Sequence record: NC_048186.1
Origin: Escherichia phage vB_EcoM_KWBSE43-6
DNA: 64,000 bases
Strand: one strand, 5' to 3'
The notes below the pieces were generated by a model that searched no databases, was not told where the DNA came from, and saw nothing but the letters and a program-made list of their open reading frames with translations. This document shows positions 47,124 through 55,749 of this stretch, one piece after another. A program made the position numbers and the translations under genes. Within the stretch, counting starts at the first letter, position 1; each line of letters starts with the position of its first letter.

Positions 47124-49160
47124 ATGTCAGATTTTAAACCCTTCGCAGTTGCTGTAAAGAATCAAATCACCGCGATGTCCAGCAATGGCCTGTACATGAC
47201 TTCGGTTGACAAAGACGCCCTGTGGGATCTGTACCTGTCATCTTTCCCGGAAGGCACGAACAACATCTACCGCGAGCGCACTGAGCACGATTGCACCTGC
47301 TGCAAGCAATTCATCCGTAACATCGGCGGCGTCGTATCGATTGACGCTGATCTGAACCTGGTTACTGTGTGGGACAGCGTCAATCTGGGTAACGAATACG
47401 AAGTGGTGGCGGCAGCGCTGGCCAAATATGTCAAGCAGCACAACATCGTCGGCGTTTACTTCAACGATTCAGCTAAGGTGAGCGTAGAAAGCAACCACGA
47501 AATGGGTGAAAACGGTAAAGTCCGCACCTACGACCATTTCCACGCCGTTCTGAACAATAAATTCGTCCTGCGCGGCGAAGATATCGCCTCCACCAAAGGC
47601 GAAATTTCCCAATCCATTGAAGTATTTGAGCGCAGCATGCGTGAGCTGACTATGGAATCGGCTGAAATCGTCCTGGAACTGATCGATCAGAATTCTCTGT
47701 ATCGCGGCGAAGAGCATCGTTCGGCTGTACAAAGTTTTGTGCAGAGCAAAACCGAATACATGAAAATTCGCTCCGATCTGAAACAACTTTGGGCCTGGCG
47801 AACTGGTTGGTTGTCTAAAAACCATAAGCCGTTCGGCATCCGCAATACTGTCATCGGCACCCTGCTGACCGATCTTTCTGACGGCGTTGAAATGGAAAAG
47901 GCGGTGAAATCCTTTGAAACCAAAGTCGCTCCGACCAACTACCGCCGCCCGACTGCCCTGGTCACCAAAGGTATGATCGAAAAGGCGCAGAAAACGGTTG
48001 CCGAACTCGGCCTGACTGAATCTTTGGGTCGCCGCTATGCGAAGTATGAAGACCTGACGATCAACAACGTGCTGTTCGCCGATATCGATGCGCGGAAAGC
48101 TATGGATCCGTTCGATCAATTGGCGCAGGAAGTCAAAGTGACTGAAAAGTCGCTGGGTAAAATTGAAGAGATCAGCGTCGATGATTTCATCAAAAACGTT
48201 ATCCCGAAAGCGCGTTCCATGGAAGTGATGTTTGAAGGACGTCATACCGCCAACCTGATGTCTCTGGTCGCACCGGAAACTCAAGGCGCTCCGAACCTGT
48301 TCAAATGGGGTAATAATTTCTCCTGGTCCTACAACGGTGAAGTTGCTGATTCCATCAAAGAGCGCGTGAAAGCCGCTGGTGGTAACGTTGATTCATTCCT
48401 GCGCATTTCGCTGGCCTGGTTCAACAATGACGACCTGGACCTGCACATGTACACTCCGACGAACGAACACATTTATTTCTCTCGCGGTTGCCGCCGTTCT
48501 TACCATACTGGTGGTGAGTTGGATATTGACATGAACGGTATGGATGGGATCAACAAAGAGCGTAAACCGGTTGAGAACATCTTCTTCAAAGACAAGAACA
48601 TGCTGCGTGATGGCGTGTACCGTTTCATCGTCGACAACTATGCCCAGCGTGAAACCATCGACACCGGGTTCATCGTTGAGGTGGAATATGAAGGCGACCT
48701 GAAACGTTTCTCCTGTGAAAAAGGTCTGAAGAATAAACAGCAGATGACCGTCATTGAACTGCGCGTCAAAGACAAAAAGGTTGTTGAAATTCAGTCTTCC
48801 CTGGTGCCGACAACTGGCGTGGAAACTGAAATTTGGGGTATCCGTACCCAGAATTTCCAGAAGGTGCAACTGGTCCTGAATTCTCCTAACCACTGGGACG
48901 GTGAACAGACCGGAAACCGACATCTGTTCTTTATCCTGGAAGGTTGTATCAACCCGGCCAGCACTCGCGGCTTCTACAATGAATATCTGAAGCCGGAATT
49001 GGCACCGCATGGCAAGGTTTTTGAAATGTTGGGCGCTAAAATGAGAGCAGAACCGAGTGATAAGCAACTCAGCGGCCTGGGCTTCTCTTCCACTCAGCGC
49101 AATTATGTCCTGGTGAAGGTAAGCGGTTCATTTAATCGTGTAGTCAAAGTCGTTTTTTAA
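47124..49160 (+). CDS. hypothetical protein, 678 aa
   Basis: Long ORF with good start context; HDCTCCKQF cysteine cluster near N-terminus; no Walker motifs. Confidence 0.6.
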   Translation: MSDFKPFAVAVKNQITAMSSNGLYMTSVDKDALWDLYLSSFPEGTNNIYRERTEHDCTCCKQFIRNIGGVVSIDADLNLVTVWDSVNLGNEYEVVAAALAKYVKQHNIVGVYFNDSAKVSVESNHEMGENGKVRTYDHFHAVLNNKFVLRGEDIASTKGEISQSIEVFERSMRELTMESAEIVLELIDQNSLYRGEEHRSAVQSFVQSKTEYMKIRSDLKQLWAWRTGWLSKNHKPFGIRNTVIGTLLTDLSDGVEMEKAVKSFETKVAPTNYRRPTALVTKGMIEKAQKTVAELGLTESLGRRYAKYEDLTINNVLFADIDARKAMDPFDQLAQEVKVTEKSLGKIEEISVDDFIKNVIPKARSMEVMFEGRHTANLMSLVAPETQGAPNLFKWGNNFSWSYNGEVADSIKERVKAAGGNVDSFLRISLAWFNNDDLDLHMYTPTNEHIYFSRGCRRSYHTGGELDIDMNGMDGINKERKPVENIFFKDKNMLRDGVYRFIVDNYAQRETIDTGFIVEVEYEGDLKRFSCEKGLKNKQQMTVIELRVKDKKVVEIQSSLVPTTGVETEIWGIRTQNFQKVQLVLNSPNHWDGEQTGNRHLFFILEGCINPASTRGFYNEYLKPELAPHGKVFEMLGAKMRAEPSDKQLSGLGFSSTQRNYVLVKVSGSFNRVVKVVF

Positions 49161-49196
49161 GTTAAAATATAACCGAATTCAATTGAGGATACAAAA

Positions 49197-49568
49197 ATGT
49201 TTGATAAAGCAACCCGTCTGAAACTGCGTTTCAACTCCAACAAAGGACAGCTGTCCGTTGAGCAGGTGTGGGATCTGAGCCTGACTGCTCTGAACGAAAT
49301 GGCGAAAGGTCTGAGCCGCGAACTGAAAGCTGCTGCGGTCGACGATGAAGATTTCATCGGCAACAATACATCCGTCGACTCTCAGCTGCAACTGCGCTTT
49401 GACATCGTCAAAAGCATCATCAGCACCAAGCTGAAAGAGCGCGATGACAGCCTGTCCGCTGCAGAAAAACGTGAGCACAACCAGGCCATCCTGGAACTCA
49501 TCAAGAAGAAACAGCAGGAAGAGCTGGCGGGTAAATCTGTTGAAGAACTGCAAGCCCTGCTGAAATAA
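49197..49568 (+). CDS. hypothetical protein, 123 aa
   Basis: ATG 49197 after GAGGA. Confidence 0.5.
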   Translation: MFDKATRLKLRFNSNKGQLSVEQVWDLSLTALNEMAKGLSRELKAAAVDDEDFIGNNTSVDSQLQLRFDIVKSIISTKLKERDDSLSAAEKREHNQAILELIKKKQQEELAGKSVEELQALLK

Positions 49569-49593
49569 ATCCGCTGCCTTTGGCGCGATAATG

Positions 49594-49620
49594 AACCCCG
49601 CCATGTGCGGGGTTTGTTGT
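49594..49620 (+). terminator. rho-independent terminator (same hairpin as 31785)
   Basis: ACCCCGCCATGTGCGGGGTTT identical to 31786-31806. Confidence 0.6.
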
Positions 49621-49694
49621 ATCCATCAGCAATAAAGCCTCATTCAATATACGTGGGCATATAATATCCTAGTGTTAAACAGTGGAGAAGATTT

Positions 49695-50051
49695 ATGTCG
49701 GTCAAAATGAAAGGTGCCGAGTTTAAAGCATACTACGATGACTCAGAGTATTGGGTTCAGGATGCTTGGCATGATTATCACAACATAAAGGTTAATGGCG
49801 AATATATCGACGATATTGAAACTGAGAATATTCCCGACGAGGCTGATGTGGTTATTGAGTCGGGGATAGTTTATATTCCCATCAGAAGTGAATCCGGTTA
49901 TGAAGAAAAAGAAGTCCAACTGGTCACTCACATCAAGAACTGGCGCAAACAGCAGAAATTTTCTACTATTGTCGTGGTAGTTGAAAAAGACAAAGCTGAA
50001 GAAATTATAGCCTCAATTAAAACGATACCTGGCGTCAATACCGTCAAGTGA
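49695..50051 (+). CDS. hypothetical protein, 118 aa
   Basis: ATG 49695 after GGAGAAG; perfect TATAAT at 49660. Confidence 0.5.
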   Translation: MSVKMKGAEFKAYYDDSEYWVQDAWHDYHNIKVNGEYIDDIETENIPDEADVVIESGIVYIPIRSESGYEEKEVQLVTHIKNWRKQQKFSTIVVVVEKDKAEEIIASIKTIPGVNTVK

Positions 50052-50058
50052 GGCGATA

Positions 50059-50202
50059 ATGGATTCCTGTCTATTAGATCCCGAGAACGTTCTTGTGGTT
50101 GAAATTGAAAACAACAAGCCGTTCATTTTGAAAATGTTGGAGAAGGATAATAATCCTGAAACCAATCCTAAACTATCCCAAAAGGGGAATAACGATGATT
50201 GA
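50059..50202 (+). CDS. small protein, 47 aa
   Basis: ATG 50059 after GAGG; not in ORF track; overlaps next gene start. Confidence 0.3.
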   Translation: MDSCLLDPENVLVVEIENNKPFILKMLEKDNNPETNPKLSQKGNNDD

Positions 50203-52448
50203 ATCATTAGAATTTAAGAATGCCACACAGACGGTCGCTCCTTCCAATCACGTCATCGTCGTTGACATTTCTTATTCCATGTGTTATGCGCTGCCGAAAC
50301 TGCGCCAGCACCTGAAAGAAAACCTGCCCTCCCTGGTTAAGCCGGAAGACACCGTCAGTATTCTGTACTTCTCTTCTCGTGGCGACTTCGGTACTGTGTT
50401 CGCTGGGCGCCAGGTCACCAACGCATCTGACCTGAGTGAGCTGGGTAAACTGATCGATCGCTTCCTGCAACCAACTGGCTGCACCGGATTTGTTGAGCCG
50501 CTCAAGCTGGCTATCGAAACCGCCAACGATCTGAAAAAGTCCGGCGTCATCAATTCCCTGGTGTTCATGACCGACGGTTATGACAACTGCTGGCGTTCCA
50601 GTGAAATTCTCGCGGTCGCAGAGCAGCTGCCAAAGGCGTACGACAACATCACGCTGATCGAATACGGCTGGAACTGCAACCGGGAACTGCTGCAGAAAAT
50701 GGCAGAGTGCTCTGGTGCCACCCATGTATTCGCCGAAGGCCAGGAAGAATATCAGATCGAACTGGAAACAGCGATGGTTTCTGTCGCTCCGCGCGTTCGC
50801 GTTGATTTCAGTATCATCTATTCCTATGCCGTTTATATCGAAAACGGGATTCCGACCATCCTGGCCGCCCAGTCTGATGAAGACCATCCTATCAATTACG
50901 TCAACATCCCTGAGAGCGTCTCTAAGCTGTGGGTTGTTGATCCTGATATGATCGACCAACTGGATAACCTGGCGGACGTTGAAGCGGCATATGTGCTGGC
51001 TCTCTTTGGCGTGCATACTATGGATGCCGACCTGGTGTGGGCCGCGCTGAAAAAGACTGGCGATGTGCGCTTCATTAAACAGTACACCAACTGCTTCACC
51101 AAGCAGGATTATTCCAACATCAAAACTGACATCACAGCAGCGATTGTAGACCCGGCGCTGCGCGGTGTGGACGGTATCGATTACAATCTGGTGCCGCCGG
51201 AAGACGCAACTACTGTTGTTGATGTTCTGACTTACCTGGCGGGAGCAGATGCACAACTGGTTGTTGACCATCCCCTGTTCTCTTACAAGCGGATCGGTCG
51301 CGGTACGGTACAAAAAGCCGACGATACCGAAGACAAGCTGGCGGCAGAAATTGCCGAAGCCAAATCTAAAGAAGAGCGTAAAGCGCTGGCCCTGAAACTG
51401 GCTGAGCACGAAGACTGGACTCCTGTGTTTGAGCCGGTGAAAGGCGCGGGCGTTCCCATCAGCAATCTGGTTTACAACTCGGCCCGCCCGAACATCAGTC
51501 TGCAGACTGTGCAAAACGGGACCGTCATCATCCCGAAGTTCGCACAAAAGAAATACGATCTGCCTGAATCTATTGATACGTGGCAGTGGAAGAACTACAC
51601 CAAAGAAATACGATCTGCCTGAATCTATTGATACGTGGCAGTGGAAGAACTACACCATCGTCAAAGACGGTATCATCCATATGAAGACCCTTCCTGTGGT
51701 CTGCTCGGTGGAAACCGTATCTGAACTGGTTAGCAAAGGCGTTGAAGTTTACGGCGGGCCGGAAGTGTTCATCGTAAATCTGGGCAGCGTTCCTCTGGTT
51801 AACCGCGCGATGGTTAAGAACATCAGCGCCGCGCAGTTCTTTGCTGACCACGTCCGTCTGGAATCCCTGAAAGCCAAGCAGAAGGTTCTCAAATATTTCC
51901 GTGACGAACTGGTTGGGAAAGGTAATGCCGTGGGCCTGGCAGGCAAATACGGCTTTGAAGCGGCTGAGTTTTTGTCTGCGAATGGCATCCGCGATTACGG
52001 CTTCTCTCCGAAGACCGCTTCGGTTGAGTCTACTGATTTCTACATGAGCCGCGAACTCAATGTGAAGATCAAAGGCGCTTCCTCGCTGCCGTCAATTGCC
52101 GCCGTTCTGAAGAAACAGGCCGACAACAAAAAACTGAACGCAGCTGATCAGCTGATCGCTAATGCGCTGGCAGAATACAACGCCTTTGTCAAATCTCCGG
52201 CGGTGACTGCAGTTCCGGAAGCAACGCAGGCCAAGATCATTGAATCTTGGATCAGTGATGCTGCCAAGGCTGCTATCACCCAAGTCCGTGAGCTGAACAA
52301 GACCCTGTCCAAATCTCTGTATGCCATCGTTGCAGGCCATGGCTGGTTCACCGACCTGGATCTGGAAGAGTCCACCATGGAAGTGGAAGTTGATGGCGTC
52401 AAATACACCGTCAGTGCAGTCCTGGAAGAGAAAGAGATCAAAATCTAA
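50195..52448 (+). pseudogene. vWA-domain protein gene split into two ORFs (50195-51622, 51573-52448) by a 55-bp tandem duplication
   Basis: N-terminal vWA/MIDAS motifs (VVVDISYSM, FMTDG); removing one repeat copy restores a single ORF of about 732 aa with KKYDLPESIDTWQWKNYT read once. Confidence 0.6.
51547..51656. repeat. perfect 55-bp direct tandem duplication (2 copies)
   Basis: AAAGAAATACGATCTGCCTGAATCTATTGATACGTGGCAGTGGAAGAACTACACC at 51547-51601 and 51602-51656; 55 is not a multiple of 3. Confidence 0.9.
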
Positions 52449-52456
52449 TCAACTGT

Positions 52457-52478
52457 GCCGGGGAAACCCGGCCTTTTC
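52457..52478 (+). terminator. rho-independent terminator
   Basis: GCCGGG gaaa CCCGGC CTTTTC. Confidence 0.55.
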
Positions 52479-52492
52479 ATAAGGTATCCCAA

Positions 52493-52816
52493 ATGTCTAA
52501 GAATGTGTCTTATATCGATGTCATGCGCTTCCTTGTCCAGTATGCAAGTGACAATCTGAATATGGAACTGTGGCGTGAGAAGAAACACTCCGTAACAATA
52601 CAATCCGCGATTGACAAAATCGAAGATCAGCTGGAATCCCTGGCTCCTCTGCGCGTCAAAGAACATCTGGGTGGCGATGAACTTGACGCGATAGAGATCA
52701 TCATGGACCTGGAAGAAGAATATGATGTAGAGATCACGGATTATTGGGTCGGTTCTCATAAAGACGACCCAACCCTGGGTGAATTGGCAGAGCATGTGGT
52801 GCATCTTTTAAAATAA
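52493..52816 (+). CDS. acyl carrier protein-like protein lacking the phosphopantetheine-attachment serine, 107 aa
   Basis: EHLGGDELDAIEIIMDLEEEYDVEITD aligns with ACP [26 protein letters not shown]; canonical DSL is DEL. Confidence 0.65.
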   Translation: MSKNVSYIDVMRFLVQYASDNLNMELWREKKHSVTIQSAIDKIEDQLESLAPLRVKEHLGGDELDAIEIIMDLEEEYDVEITDYWVGSHKDDPTLGELAEHVVHLLK

Positions 52817-52828
52817 TTTTGAAGTTGG

Positions 52829-52857
52829 CTTTACTTCTTCAATAAATGATTTAATAT
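52829..52857 (+). promoter_or_regulatory. early-promoter-like element (-35 CTTTAC, 17 bp, -10 TAATAT)
   Basis: Contains 17-mer TTTACTTCTTCAATAAA identical to 34893-34909. Confidence 0.35.
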
Positions 52858-52909
52858 TAATTTTGTAGGGCGGGAACGGCTCCCGCCTGATTGAAGAAGG
52901 CACTATATT

Positions 52910-53155
52910 ATGGAACAACTACTCCCCGAATCCGTATGCACATACGTGCGCCTCGCAGGTGAAGGCCACGATGTAGCAACTCAACTTACCGACCTCATTC
53001 TGAGCTACGGTATCAAGAAAGTTAATTCCGTTGACAACTCTGGTGTGAAAGGCGACTATATCGTTCTGAACCACCGCGGTCTGAAGACCAATCCGGTATT
53101 TTTCGTCGGCGTTCATAAGAAAGATGGCCAGGAAGTCGTGGAGATCGTATCGTGA
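52910..53155 (+). CDS. hypothetical protein, 81 aa
   Basis: ATG 52910 after GAAGAAGG and hairpin GGGCGGG...CCCGCC. Confidence 0.5.
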   Translation: MEQLLPESVCTYVRLAGEGHDVATQLTDLILSYGIKKVNSVDNSGVKGDYIVLNHRGLKTNPVFFVGVHKKDGQEVVEIVS

Positions 53156-53388
53156 GTAATAAGAAAGTCGAAACCACGGTTGAAATTGAAAAGAATTGGG
53201 GTTTCCTGCGTGCTAAAGGTTTCCGCCGTGTGTATGCTGCGAAGGAAGTCTATGTCCAGCGTAAGGACGTTATCATTAGCAAGAAAGGTAAGTCCTGGGT
53301 GGCAGAAGAAGTAGACGAAGACGGCATCGTAGGCAAGATTAAGGCCAAGGCCGAAATCCTCTTCGCTCTTCTGAAGCAAATTAACTAA
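53152..53388 (+). CDS. hypothetical protein, 78 aa, basic
   Basis: GTG start overlapping upstream stop, GGAGA 7 nt upstream. Confidence 0.45.
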   Translation: MSNKKVETTVEIEKNWGFLRAKGFRRVYAAKEVYVQRKDVIISKKGKSWVAEEVDEDGIVGKIKAKAEILFALLKQIN

Positions 53389-53414
53389 AATCAATAACAC
53401 GGACGGGGTATGAT
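53386..53414 (+). promoter_or_regulatory. early-promoter-like element (-10 TATGAT in GGGGTATGAT context)
   Basis: ATCAATA-N8-GGGGTATGAT; overlaps hairpin GACGGGG...CCCCGTC so the two roles conflict. Confidence 0.3.
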
Positions 53415-53447
53415 TGCCCCGTCTATTTGAAATGCAGGAACTATACC

Positions 53448-53918
53448 ATGACCCGTATTAATGTCATTCCCGTTGAATCTCTGTGTGATCAGCATTTGCT
53501 CGCTGAATATACCGAACTGGCGCCTGTTGTCCTTAATGTTGTGAATGGAAAACGTCGCAATCTCAAAGGCGCTCCAAAACATTACAAACTCAACGAAGGT
53601 CATGTGTTATTTTTCCGGGACAAACTGATTTATCTGATTGAGCGCTATGACCAACTTGTCACTGAACTGATATCTCGCGGGTATACCGTGAATTATCCTT
53701 CTCTTCGAAATCAGATAACTCATGAGAACAAACAGGAACTCCGGATTTATCTAAATGATTATCAACCGACTCAAGCTGCAGTCCAAGAAAATGTGGAACG
53801 CATAGTCGAAAGGTTGAAGGGTATGGGCAAAATAACGTATAACAGAAAGCCCGTAGATCCTTCTTATATGGTTGGCGTCATGAAACAGAATTTCGAATTT
53901 GGTGAGGTGGCATTATGA
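53448..53918 (+). CDS. denV: endonuclease V (pyrimidine dimer DNA glycosylase) DenV
   Basis: MTRINVIPVESLCDQHLLAEYTELAPV...GHVLFFRDKL matches T4 DenV N-terminus. Confidence 0.8.
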   Translation: MTRINVIPVESLCDQHLLAEYTELAPVVLNVVNGKRRNLKGAPKHYKLNEGHVLFFRDKLIYLIERYDQLVTELISRGYTVNYPSLRNQITHENKQELRIYLNDYQPTQAAVQENVERIVERLKGMGKITYNRKPVDPSYMVGVMKQNFEFGEVAL

Positions 53919-54223
53919 CAGATTTTATAGTCCCTCCAGCCTCATTCCTTCGCGTGAAAAATGAAGTGAAGGAAATCACGGGCTGTACTCACAAAGAATC
54001 TACGACTATCACCATGATGCTGGAAGCAAAAATGTTGGTAGATTCAGAGGATACAAAAGCGGCACTGAATTCTCTGTTGGCTCTTATTATCCGAGCGTAC
54101 CGAATCCCTGCTATTTCAGATGCGGACGATTTGGTTAAACTCCTCAACACTGGAGGGAAAGAATATGATTCCCTCCGCATCTTTATGACCGGTATACAAG
54201 AAGGTGGTTGGTATGAATCTTAA
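53915..54223 (+). CDS. hypothetical protein, 102 aa
   Basis: ATGA overlap with denV stop. Confidence 0.5.
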   Translation: MTDFIVPPASFLRVKNEVKEITGCTHKESTTITMMLEAKMLVDSEDTKAALNSLLALIIRAYRIPAISDADDLVKLLNTGGKEYDSLRIFMTGIQEGGWYES

Positions 54224-54389
54224 TTGGGAATTAATGGGTTGGATCCTTTGCTCCATTTTTGGCGTATTGGGTATTCTGTGGATTATTGTTGGTATCTGGT
54301 TCTATCGGGTTATTACACAATATGAAGCGCGTAAAGCGGAGCGCCAGGTACGCCAGGAAGAAATTCGCAATCGCCGGGAGAACTGGTGA
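54213..54389 (+). CDS. small membrane protein, 58 aa
   Basis: ATG 54213; hydrophobic helix WILCSIFGVLGILWIIVGIWFY then basic tail. Confidence 0.4.
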   Translation: MNLNWELMGWILCSIFGVLGILWIIVGIWFYRVITQYEARKAERQVRQEEIRNRRENW

Positions 54390-54502
54390 TGGAAGAAAAT
54401 ATCTGGCATGTCATCGGCGGCAATCTGTTGGGTATTCTGATCGTCTGGTTCTGTTATTGGTTCGGTGGCAAGCTGGCTAAATTTTTCCACGGACGTGACT
54501 AA
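54389..54502 (+). CDS. small membrane protein, 37 aa
   Basis: ATG overlapping upstream stop; single hydrophobic helix; not in ORF track. Confidence 0.25.
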   Translation: MEENIWHVIGGNLLGILIVWFCYWFGGKLAKFFHGRD

Positions 54503-54534
54503 CTAAGGGATAACTCCATATCCCGAGGTGTGCC

Positions 54535-54984
54535 ATGTTCTTGACTTCCTTTATCGACTGGTTGAATATCATCAACGGCCTGAGGATTCCTGTGGGAAAC
54601 CTCGGGCTTTCTCGTTCTTCTATGCCACAAATTGACGCTGATAAACAGCAAGACTTCCATGATTATCTGGAGGCGAATGGCGTGACCATAGATGCATCTC
54701 AAGTCCCGATCCGAACATTGCGGCTGACTCAGAACGAGATCAACAAAATGAAGGTCTGGAAGATCATGAAGCAGATCAGGAACAAGAAGCCGATGGGCCG
54801 GGTTTGGGTATCTTCAGACAATTACGTCGTGGATGGTTCCCATCGGTTTGTGGCCGCTCTGAATATGGACGGCAAGCAACGAATGAAGGTTTACAAAGTA
54901 GATTTGCCTGCCATGGAATTTGTCAAATTAGCTCGAAAATTCAATGGGGTGCGTTATCGTACTGTTTCTGATGCACGTTTCTGA
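54535..54984 (+). CDS. ParB/sulfiredoxin-like nuclease domain protein, 149 aa
   Basis: IRTLRLTQNEI and VVDGSHRFVAA resemble ParB N-terminal domain motifs (DGHHR-type). Confidence 0.5.
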   Translation: MFLTSFIDWLNIINGLRIPVGNLGLSRSSMPQIDADKQQDFHDYLEANGVTIDASQVPIRTLRLTQNEINKMKVWKIMKQIRNKKPMGRVWVSSDNYVVDGSHRFVAALNMDGKQRMKVYKVDLPAMEFVKLARKFNGVRYRTVSDARF

Positions 54985-55005
54985 ATAAAGAATATTATTG
55001 AAATC

Positions 55006-55035
55006 CTTTACTCAATAAACCTTCCGAACTACTAT
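55006..55035 (+). promoter_or_regulatory. early-promoter-like element (-35 CTTTAC, 18 bp, -10 TACTAT)
   Basis: CTTTAC followed by TCAATAAAC; 28 nt upstream of ATG 55063. Confidence 0.35.
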
Positions 55036-55062
55036 TTCCTCAATGAACAAGAGGGAATCACC

Positions 55063-55749
55063 ATGAAACGTTTAATCCTTGGGGTGCTGCTGGCTGGGCT
55101 GGCGCTCCCCGCCGCTGCCAAACTGAACTCTACAGGTGAGAAACTGTGGGGAGATCTTTCTTACTGTGCTGGATGGTCTCAGGCTGTCGCCATAGACAAG
55201 ACTGGTTCTATCGAGAACTTTTCTGAATTGTGGAACACAGGCAACGTATCTGACGCTGTTGTCAACGCCGGAATTGAATTTAATCGATACAAACAAGGAG
55301 CCTATAATCTCAAAGGCTATCTGAATGACGATAAATTCAACAAAGGTGGGATGGATGCCTCAGATTTGATCATGACCGGGCGTATGGGGACGGCAGGGAG
55401 GATTCAGGTTAGACAATGCCGTTCGCTTCCCATCCCGGCGCTTCAGAAAGGTGTCAACATCGGGCGTCGCCATCTTGATCTCATTAATGATGGGAACCAG
55501 TGCGTCAAAGTATTTGAATACAGTGCCGATCAGATCAATGATCCTAAATTAAAGAAAGAATGGCGGACTCGTGCTCTTGGGCTTCGGGCCTGGTTGGTAG
55601 AGAATGACCATTATTACCAGGACAGGGTTGATTCAGGCCTCAAAGATTTATCGACCAACTTGTCTGTAAATCTGGATGACCCAAGACTTTCCCGGGAACT
55701 TCAACAGACACGTATTGATTGTGACAACATGATGAAGGAGAACGAATGA
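55063..55749 (+). CDS. secreted / periplasmic protein, 228 aa
   Basis: Signal peptide MKRLILGVLLAGLALPAAA. Confidence 0.6.
   Translation: MKRLILGVLLAGLALPAAAKLNSTGEKLWGDLSYCAGWSQAVAIDKTGSIENFSELWNTGNVSDAVVNAGIEFNRYKQGAYNLKGYLNDDKFNKGGMDASDLIMTGRMGTAGRIQVRQCRSLPIPALQKGVNIGRRHLDLINDGNQCVKVFEYSADQINDPKLKKEWRTRALGLRAWLVENDHYYQDRVDSGLKDLSTNLSVNLDDPRLSRELQQTRIDCDNMMKENE

Noticed and set aside
51547-51656. Reading the two vWA ORFs as a programmed ribosomal frameshift
   Set aside because: The frame change is fully explained by an exact 55-bp duplication; there is no slippery heptamer or downstream pseudoknot.
53402-53423. Treating the GGGGTAT hairpins upstream of 35462, 47124 and 53448 purely as promoters
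   Set aside because: At 53402 the motif lies in a stem-loop (GACGGGG...CCCCGTC) that could equally be the upstream gene's terminator; both roles are possible, so the promoter calls are low confidence.
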